From Micrococcus luteus NCTC 2665 (GTDB taxonomy: Bacteria; Actinomycetota; Actinomycetes; Actinomycetales; Micrococcaceae): a DNA stretch of 32,000 bases. The notes below the pieces were generated by a model. The model was not told where the DNA came from. It saw only the letters and a program-made list of their open reading frames with translations, and searched no databases. Within the stretch, counting starts at the first letter, position 1. Each line of letters begins with the position of its first letter. Where the stretch lies: positions 1,140,001 to 1,172,000 of the forward strand of contig NC_012803.1 of assembly GCF_000023205.1 (NCBI RefSeq), read 5' to 3'. Of the stretch, positions 25,748 to 32,000 are shown in pieces. Made by a program: the position numbers and the translations under genes.

Positions 25748-26011
25748 GTGAAGACCTTCGACGAGCTGTACGCGGAACTGACGCGCAAGGTGCAGGAGCG
25801 CCCCGAGGGCTCCGGCACCGTGGCCCAGATCGACGCCGGCGTCCATGCGATCGGCAAGAAGGTCGTCGAGGAGGCGGCCGAGGTCTGGATGGCCGCCGAG
25901 TACGAGTCGGATGAGGCCGCCGCCGAGGAGATCTCTCAGCTGCTCTACCACGTGCAGACCATGATGATCGCCCGCGGCATCAGCCTCGAGGACGTCTACC
26001 GCCACCTCTGA
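25748..26011 (+). CDS. hisE: phosphoribosyl-ATP pyrophosphatase
   Basis: [11 protein letters not shown]...[15 protein letters not shown]...[13 protein letters not shown], a typical HisE (MazG-like) sequence. Confidence 0.92.
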
Positions 26012-26064
26012 GGCCGCCGGCCCCGTTTTCCGCCCGCCCCACCGCACCCCGAGGAGACCGACGC

Positions 26065-26913
26065 GTGCTGCGCATCGCCGTTCCGAACAAGGGCGCCCTC
26101 GCCGAGGCCGCCCGTGAGATCCTGCAGGAGGCCGGCTACCGCCAGCGCCGCGACTCCCGCGAGCTGGTGCTCGTGGACCCCGAGAACCAGGTGGAGTTCT
26201 TCTACCTGCGTCCCCGGGACATCGCGGTGTACGTGGGCAAGGGCACCCTCGACGTCGGCCTCACCGGGCGGGACCTGTTCCGCGACGCCCAGGTCGAGGG
26301 CACAGCGGAGGAGATCATGGCGCTGGGCTTCGGCCGGTCTGTGTTCCGACTGGCCGCGCCCGTGGGCACGTTCTCCTCCGAGTCCGAGCTGACCGGCAGG
26401 CGCATCGCCACCAGCTACGACGGCCTGCTGCACGCCTACCTGGAGCGCACCGGCCTGGACGCCGAGGTGGTCCACCTCGACGGCGCCGTGGAGTCCTCCG
26501 TCAAGCTCGGCGTGGCGGACGCGATCGCCGACGTCGTGGAGACCGGCAGCACCCTGCGCGCCGCCGGCATGGAGGTCTTCGGCGAGTCCATCCTCGACTC
26601 GGAGGCCGTGCTGATCTGCCGCGCAGGGGAGCGCCCCGAGGGCCTCGACGTGCTGCTGCGCCGCCTCAAGGGCGTGCTCGTGGCCCGCCGCTGGGTGATG
26701 ATCGACTACGACATCCGTCGTGACCTGCTGGAGGCGGCCACCGCGGTCACCCCCGGACTGGAGTCACCGACGGTCTCCCCGCTGCGGGACGAGACGATGG
26801 TCGCCGTGCGCTCCATGGTCCGCAAGCCGGACGCCAACCGCGTCATGGACGAGCTGTACGCCCTGGGCGCCCGCGGCATCCTGATCTCCGCGATCCACGC
26901 GATCCGCCTCTGA
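26065..26913 (+). CDS. hisG: ATP phosphoribosyltransferase (long form)
   Basis: [50 protein letters not shown], and a C-terminal regulatory domain. Confidence 0.93.
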   Translation: MLRIAVPNKGALAEAAREILQEAGYRQRRDSRELVLVDPENQVEFFYLRPRDIAVYVGKGTLDVGLTGRDLFRDAQVEGTAEEIMALGFGRSVFRLAAPVGTFSSESELTGRRIATSYDGLLHAYLERTGLDAEVVHLDGAVESSVKLGVADAIADVVETGSTLRAAGMEVFGESILDSEAVLICRAGERPEGLDVLLRRLKGVLVARRWVMIDYDIRRDLLEAATAVTPGLESPTVSPLRDETMVAVRSMVRKPDANRVMDELYALGARGILISAIHAIRL

Positions 26914-26959
26914 CGGCCCGCGCCGTCCCGCCCGAGCCCCCCGAGACGAAGGAGCCGAC

Positions 26960-27730
26960 GTGAGCCTCGCCGTGCGTGTCATCCCCTGCCTGGACGTGGA
27001 CGCCGGGCGCGTGGTCAAGGGCGTGAACTTCGAGAACCTGCGGGACGCGGGCGACCCGGTCGAGCTCGCCCGCCGCTACAACGCCGCGGGTGCCGACGAG
27101 ATCACGTTCCTCGACGTCACCGCCTCCACCTCGGACCGCGCCACGACCTACGACGTCGTGACCCGCACGGCCGAGGAGGTCTTCATCCCGCTGACCGTGG
27201 GCGGCGGCGTACGCACCGTCGAGGACGTGGACCGGCTGCTGCGCACGGGGGCGGACAAGGTCTCCGTCAACACCGCCGCCGTGGCCCGGCCCGAGCTGAT
27301 CACGGAGATCACCCGCCGCTTCGGGTCCCAGGTCCTCGTGCTCTCCCTCGACGCCCGGCGCACGGAGGACCCGGGCTGCGCCTCCGGCTATGAGGTCACC
27401 ACCCACGGCGGACGCCGCGGCACCGGCATCGACGCCGTCGCCTGGTGCCGTGAGGCCTCCGAGCGCGGCGTGGGGGAGATCCTGCTCAACTCGATCGACG
27501 CGGACGGCACGCGCGAGGGCTTCGACCTGGAGATGATCCGGGACGTGCGCGCCGTGACGCGCGTGCCGCTGATCGCCTCCGGCGGCGCCGGCGAGCCCGA
27601 GCACTTCCCACCCGCCGTCGCGGCCGGTGCGGACGCGGTGCTCGCCGCCTCCCTGTTCCACTTCGGCCCGGACGACATGCTCGCCCGCGTCAAGGACGCC
27701 CTGCGGCAGGCGGGGCACACCGTCCGCTGA
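26960..27730 (+). CDS. hisF: imidazole glycerol phosphate synthase, cyclase subunit
   Basis: GTG preceded by [63 protein letters not shown]. Confidence 0.94.
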   Translation: MSLAVRVIPCLDVDAGRVVKGVNFENLRDAGDPVELARRYNAAGADEITFLDVTASTSDRATTYDVVTRTAEEVFIPLTVGGGVRTVEDVDRLLRTGADKVSVNTAAVARPELITEITRRFGSQVLVLSLDARRTEDPGCASGYEVTTHGGRRGTGIDAVAWCREASERGVGEILLNSIDADGTREGFDLEMIRDVRAVTRVPLIASGGAGEPEHFPPAVAAGADAVLAASLFHFGPDDMLARVKDALRQAGHTVR

Positions 27731-27760
27731 CCCCGGCGGCCACGCCCCGCTCCGGCTCCC

Positions 27761-27766
27761 TAGACT
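27761..27766 (+). promoter_or_regulatory. candidate -10 (TAGACT) positioned for a leaderless or very short-leader hisI transcript
   Basis: TANNNT hexamer ends 8 nt before the hisI ATG. No SD is present; the spacer is GGACCTCC. Confidence 0.25.
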
Positions 27767-27774
27767 GGACCTCC

Positions 27775-28155
27775 ATGAGCATCTCCCCGCCCGACGACCT
27801 CGTGGCCTCCGTGACCTTCGACGACCGGGGCCTGGTGCCCGCCATCGCCCAGCAGGAGGGCACCGGCGAGGTGCTCATGATGGCGTGGATGAACGCGGAG
27901 TCCCTGCGCGCGACGCTCGAGACCGGCTGGGCCACCTACTGGTCCCGCTCGCGCGGCGAGCTGTGGCGCAAGGGGGAGACCTCGGGCCACCTGCAGCGGG
28001 TGCGCGCGGTCCACGCGGACTGCGACGGCGACACCCTGCTGCTCACCGTGGACCAGACCGGCCCCGCCTGCCACACGGGCACCCGCACCTGCTTCACCGG
28101 CCGCGAGCTCGTCATGCCGCCGGCCGCCGTCGACCCTGAGGAGGCCGCCCGATGA
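27775..28155 (+). CDS. hisI: phosphoribosyl-AMP cyclohydrolase
   Basis: [46 protein letters not shown]. Confidence 0.93.
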   Translation: MSISPPDDLVASVTFDDRGLVPAIAQQEGTGEVLMMAWMNAESLRATLETGWATYWSRSRGELWRKGETSGHLQRVRAVHADCDGDTLLLTVDQTGPACHTGTRTCFTGRELVMPPAAVDPEEAAR

Positions 28156-29702
28156 CCGCCGCCACCACTCCCTCCCGTGCGGAGTTCCTGCGTCTGGCGG
28201 ACACCGCCCGCGTGATCCCCGTGGTCCGCACGGTGCTGGCGGACGGCCTCACGCCGCTGGCGATCCATCGGCGCCTGGCTGGCTCCCGCCCCGGCACCTT
28301 CCTGATGGAGTCCGCCACCCCGGGGGCGGCCTGGTCCCGGTACAGCTTCATCGGGGCCGGCTCCGCCGTCACCCTGACCTCGCGGGACGGCGAGGCGCAC
28401 TGGCAGGGCACCCCGCCCGAGGGGCTGCCCACGCAGGGCCGAGCCCTGGACGTGCTCGCGGCGTGCCTGCGCCTGCTGCGCACGGACGTGCGCGCCGAGG
28501 TCGGAGGCGTTCTGCCGCACCTCGTCTCCGGCATGGCCGGCTTCCTGGGGTGGAACACGGTCCGCGCGTGGGAGCGCCTGCCGCACCCGCCCGAGGACCA
28601 CCTCGGCCTGCCCGACCTCGCGATGAACCTCGTCACCGACCTGGCCGTGCACGATGCCCTCGACGGCACCGTGACGCTGATCGCCAACGCGGTGAACGGC
28701 AACGGCCTGGCCACCGGTGCGGACCGCGCCTACGACGACGCGCTCGCCCGCCTGGACGCGATGGCCGAGCGCCTGGCCGCCCCGGCCGCGGACCCGGTCA
28801 GCGACGTCCCGCGCCGCTGGCTCGAGGCGGACGCGGACGAGGTCGCCGCCCAGGCCGAGGACCGGTGGGGCCCCGCCGGGTTCCGCGAGGCCGTCGCGAA
28901 GGCCCAGCGGGCGATCCGCGACGGCGAGGTGTTCCAGGCCGTCGTCTCCCGCCGTCTCTCGGTCACCACGGACGCCACCGGTCTGGACGTGTACCGCGTC
29001 CTGCGCACGGTGAACCCGAGCCCCTACATGTACCTCTTCTCCTTCGAGACCCCGGACGGGGAGCCGTACGAGATCGTGGGCTCCTCGCCCGAGGCGCTCG
29101 TCACCGTGCGGGACCGCCGCGTGGTCACCCATCCGATCGCCGGCTCACGGCGGCGCGGGGCCACCGCGGAGGACGACCGCCTCCTCGGCAAGGACCTGCT
29201 GGAGGACGAGAAGGAGCGGGCCGAACACCTCATGCTCGTGGACCTCTCCCGCAACGACCTCTCGCGCGTGTGCCGCCCCGGCACCGTCGAGGTCACCCAG
29301 TTCATGGAGCTCGAGGCGTTCAGCCACATCCTCCACCTGGTCTCGCACGTGGAGGGCCGCATGCGCGACGACGTCGACGCGCTCGACGTCCTCCGCGCCG
29401 CCTTCCCCGCCGGCACGCTGTCCGGCGCCCCGAAGCCCCGCGCCCTGCAGCTGCTGGACGAGTGGGAGCCGACCGCGCGCGGGCCCTACGGCGGCGTCGT
29501 CGGCTACTTCGACCTGGCGGGCAACATGGACATGGCGATCAACATCCGCTCGGCCACGCTGCACCGCGGCCAGGCGCACGTGCAGGCCGGCGCCGGCATC
29601 GTCGCCGACTCCGACCCCGACGCCGAGACCGCCGAGACCGTCACCAAGGCGACGGCGCCGCTGCGGTCCGTGCTGACCGCGGGCGAGCTGGGGCAGGCGT
29701 GA
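28152..29702 (+). CDS. trpE: anthranilate synthase component I
   Basis: ATGA overlap with his[37 protein letters not shown]. Confidence 0.94.
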   Translation: MTAATTPSRAEFLRLADTARVIPVVRTVLADGLTPLAIHRRLAGSRPGTFLMESATPGAAWSRYSFIGAGSAVTLTSRDGEAHWQGTPPEGLPTQGRALDVLAACLRLLRTDVRAEVGGVLPHLVSGMAGFLGWNTVRAWERLPHPPEDHLGLPDLAMNLVTDLAVHDALDGTVTLIANAVNGNGLATGADRAYDDALARLDAMAERLAAPAADPVSDVPRRWLEADADEVAAQAEDRWGPAGFREAVAKAQRAIRDGEVFQAVVSRRLSVTTDATGLDVYRVLRTVNPSPYMYLFSFETPDGEPYEIVGSSPEALVTVRDRRVVTHPIAGSRRRGATAEDDRLLGKDLLEDEKERAEHLMLVDLSRNDLSRVCRPGTVEVTQFMELEAFSHILHLVSHVEGRMRDDVDALDVLRAAFPAGTLSGAPKPRALQLLDEWEPTARGPYGGVVGYFDLAGNMDMAINIRSATLHRGQAHVQAGAGIVADSDPDAETAETVTKATAPLRSVLTAGELGQA

Positions 29703-30307
29703 TGCGCCGCCGCACCGTGGTCCTCGCCGCGCTGGCCGCCGGCGCGCTCGTCCTGCTCACCGCGGGCCGCACGTGGGTGACCGCCACGGGCCTGTCCGGC
29801 GGGATCGCCTCGGAGGCGACGACGTCGGGCGGCGCCGCCGCGCCCGTCGCCACGGCCATGGCGCTCGTCGTGATGGCCGGTGCTCTCGCCCTGACCACCG
29901 CCCGGCGCCTCGGCGCCGTGATCGTCGGCGTCCTCATGGCGCTCGCCGGGGTCGTGATCGCCTCGACCTCGGTCACCGCCGCCCTGGACCCGGCGACGAC
30001 GGCGGCCGCCGCGGTCGCCGACGCGACCGGGACCACCGCGCTCGCGCAGGACTACGCCGTGACGGCGTGGCCGTGGGTCGCGGCGGCCGGTGGCGTCCTT
30101 GCGGCGCTGTGCGGCGTCGCGGCGGCACTGGCGGGCCGTGGCTGGCGTTCGTCCCGGCGCTACGAGAAGGCGCCTGCGGCCTCCGAGCCCGGCCCGGCCG
30201 CCGCCGGGGAGCAGCCCGCGCAGTCCGCCCGCGAGGCGGCCCAGCGCCGGCGCGTGGACCAGATGGACGCGTGGGACGAGCTGTCCCGCGGCAACGACCC
30301 CACGTGA
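29702..30307 (+). CDS. Trp biosynthesis-associated membrane protein (Rv1610-like)
   Basis: TGATG overlap with trpE. Track ORF trimmed to the ATG at 29702. Several Ala/Val-rich TM helices. The position between trpE and trpC is conserved in Actinobacteria. Confidence 0.75.
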   Translation: MRRRTVVLAALAAGALVLLTAGRTWVTATGLSGGIASEATTSGGAAAPVATAMALVVMAGALALTTARRLGAVIVGVLMALAGVVIASTSVTAALDPATTAAAAVADATGTTALAQDYAVTAWPWVAAAGGVLAALCGVAAALAGRGWRSSRRYEKAPAASEPGPAAAGEQPAQSAREAAQRRRVDQMDAWDELSRGNDPT

Positions 30308-30432
30308 GCGCCCGTCTCTCGGACCGCCCCGCACCGCCCGGGTCGTCCCGGGTCACGCGGGCCCGGTCCCGTGCCCGCATGGCACAATGAGGGACAGTCG
30401 TCATGTACACCACGCACCAGTGAGGGACAGCC

Positions 30433-30756
30433 ATGAGCCACACCGCGAACACCGCGCACACCGAGCCCACCACCCGTCGCGCCGCCCGCCGCGGCGCCGT
30501 CGAGGACGTCGTCGTCACCGAGGACGGCCTGGTGCTCAACGACCCGACCCACCTCGAGCTGCCGGGCCACGGCAACTCGCCCGGCGCGTGGGCCATGGTG
30601 GCGCTCGTGCTCGTCGGCTTCGTGGCCGGCTGCGTCGGCCTGCTCGCCGACTGGAGCGTCGTCGTGTGGATCGGGCTCGCCCTGATGGCCGTGGGCGTCG
30701 TCGTGGGCATCGTCGCCGGCAAGGCCGGCGCGGGTCGCGGCCAGCACGGTCACTGA
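30433..30756 (+). CDS. HGxxPAAW-family small membrane protein
   Basis: GHGNSPGAW motif followed by two TM helices. SD GAGGGA lies upstream of the ATG. Confidence 0.75.
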   Translation: MSHTANTAHTEPTTRRAARRGAVEDVVVTEDGLVLNDPTHLELPGHGNSPGAWAMVALVLVGFVAGCVGLLADWSVVVWIGLALMAVGVVVGIVAGKAGAGRGQHGH

Positions 30757-30761
30757 TCCGC

Positions 30762-31568
30762 GTGTCCGTCCTCCAGGAGATCATCGACGGCGTCCGCGAG
30801 GACCTCGAGCCACGTCGCCGTGACCTGCCCGAGGCGCGCCTGGCCGAGCTGGTGGCCGCCGCCCCCGCGCCGCGTGACGCCCACGCGGCCCTGCACGGCG
30901 GACGCACCGACCCCGCGGGGATCCGGGTGATCTCCGAGGTGAAGCGGGCGAGCCCCTCCAAGGGCGCGCTCGCCGAGATCCCCGAGCCGGCCACCCTGGC
31001 CCGCGCGTACGAGCGCGGCGGCGCCAGCGCCGTCTCCGTGCTCACCGAGGCCCGCCGCTTCGGCGGCAGCCTGGCCGACCTGGACGCCGTGCGCGCCGCC
31101 GTCGATCTGCCGGTCCTGCGCAAGGACTTCACCGTCACCGAGTACCAGATCCACGAGGCCCGCGCCCACGGGGCCGACCTGGTCCTGCTGATCGTGGCCG
31201 CCCTCGACGACGCCGAGCTGGCCGGCTTCCTGCAGCTCACCGAGTCCCTGGGCATGCACGCCCTCGTGGAGGCCCACACGCCCGAGGAGATCGAGCGCGG
31301 CGTCGCCGCCGGCGCCCGCATCCTCGGCGTCAACGTGCGCAACCTCAAGACCCTGGACGTCGACCCGGCCCGCTACGCCGCGCTGGCCGACGGGCTGCCC
31401 GAGGACGTCGTCCGGGTCGCCGAGTCGGGCGTCGAGTCCGAGGCGCAGATCAAGGCCTACGCCGCCGCAGGCGCCGACGTCGTGCTCGTGGGCGAGGCCC
31501 TCGTGCGCCACGGCGCCCCCGAGGAGGCGCTGCGCGCGTTCCGCGCCGCGTCCCTCACCGTCCGCTGA
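30762..31568 (+). CDS. trpC: indole-3-glycerol phosphate synthase
   Basis: Track ORF trimmed to the GTG at 30762. [47 protein letters not shown]. Confidence 0.92.
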   Translation: MSVLQEIIDGVREDLEPRRRDLPEARLAELVAAAPAPRDAHAALHGGRTDPAGIRVISEVKRASPSKGALAEIPEPATLARAYERGGASAVSVLTEARRFGGSLADLDAVRAAVDLPVLRKDFTVTEYQIHEARAHGADLVLLIVAALDDAELAGFLQLTESLGMHALVEAHTPEEIERGVAAGARILGVNVRNLKTLDVDPARYAALADGLPEDVVRVAESGVESEAQIKAYAAAGADVVLVGEALVRHGAPEEALRAFRAASLTVR

Positions 31569-31597
31569 CCGAACCAGACCCGAGGAGCGTGGTCGCC

Positions 31598-32000
31598 ATG
31601 AGCGCCGACCGTCCGAGCACCGAGCCCGCGATCGAGTTCGAGGGGCCCTATCAGGGTCAGGCCGGGCCCTACTTCGGCGACTACGGCGGGCAGTGGATGC
31701 CCGAGTCCCTCATGGCCGCGCTGCAGGAGCTCACCCGCACCTACGAGGAGGCGCGGCAGGACCCCGCCTTCGAAGCCGAGCTGCGGACCCTGTTCCGGGA
31801 CTACGTGAACCGGCCCTCCCTGCTGACCGAGGTGCCGCGGTTCGCCGCGGATACCCCCGGGGTGCGCATCTTCCTCAAGCGCGAGGACCTCAACCACACC
31901 GGCTCGCACAAGATCAACAACGTGATCGGCCAGGCGCTGCTCGCCCGCCGCATGGGCAAGACGCGCCTGATCGCGGAGACCGGCGCCGGCCAGCACGGCG
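31598..32000 (+). CDS. trpB: tryptophan synthase beta chain, N-terminal part (continues past window end)
   Basis: Absent from the track because it is open at the edge. My translation reads [69 protein letters not shown] (PLP lysine motif HTGSHK). SD GAGGAG at 31582-87. Confidence 0.92.
   Translation, partial: MSADRPSTEPAIEFEGPYQGQAGPYFGDYGGQWMPESLMAALQELTRTYEEARQDPAFEAELRTLFRDYVNRPSLLTEVPRFAADTPGVRIFLKREDLNHTGSHKINNVIGQALLARRMGKTRLIAETGAGQHG

Noticed and set aside
30403-30423. Mini-ORF MYTTHQ as a tryptophan attenuation leader for trpC-trpB.
   Set aside because: It contains no Trp codons, and no terminator/antiterminator pair is evident. It is reported only as a possible reinitiation uORF.
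1-32000. Scan for CRISPR arrays, IS/transposase or integrase genes, toxin-antitoxin pairs, restriction-modification or other known defence genes, and long direct or inverted repeats.
   Set aside because: None was found by eye. The only repeat of 20 nt or more noticed is the duplicated tRNA-Gly. A by-eye scan cannot exclude short or degenerate repeats, so a self-dot-plot would be needed to be certain.

Overview
High-GC (about 70-75% in hand-counted lines) actinobacterial chromosome; the gene order looks Micrococcales/Mycobacteriales-like (inference). Most of the window is collinear housekeeping DNA with heavy stop/start overlap (ATGA, GTGA, TGATG). In order: mscR (partial), small membrane ORF plus SRAP/YedK, a small accessory islet (1.87-4.29 kb), an SOS-box small ORF-dnaE2 module, thrS-HIT-pgsA, ybaK-sufE-sseA (minus strand), zapE, a four-gene tRNA array (Gly-Cys-Val-Gly, minus strand), PD-(D/E)XK nuclease-def-fmt-rsmB-rpe, FMN riboswitch-pnuX/ribM-ribD-ribE-ribBA-ribH, hisE-hisG-hisF-hisI, and trpE-membrane protein-HGxxPAAW-trpC-trpB (partial). 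I found no CRISPR array, IS element, integrase, toxin-antitoxin pair or recognisable defence system, and no clearly novel multi-gene system. The two best leads are: (1) a perfect LexA box (TCGAAC-N4-GTTCGA) in front of a 108-aa DUF6504-like ORF that is translationally coupled to an error-prone DnaE2, with no imuA'/imuB nearby; and (2) next to it, a compositionally mosaic envelope islet. The islet holds a lipoprotein and a Cys-rich PKD-domain secreted protein coupled by TAATG, with a sharp low-GC3 block straddling their junction, plus a frameshifted remnant of a surface-anchored protein. Many long ORFs in the track are opposite-strand or off-frame shadows typical of high-GC DNA and were rejected. 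Family assignments come from motif recognition by eye and need HMM/BLAST confirmation.
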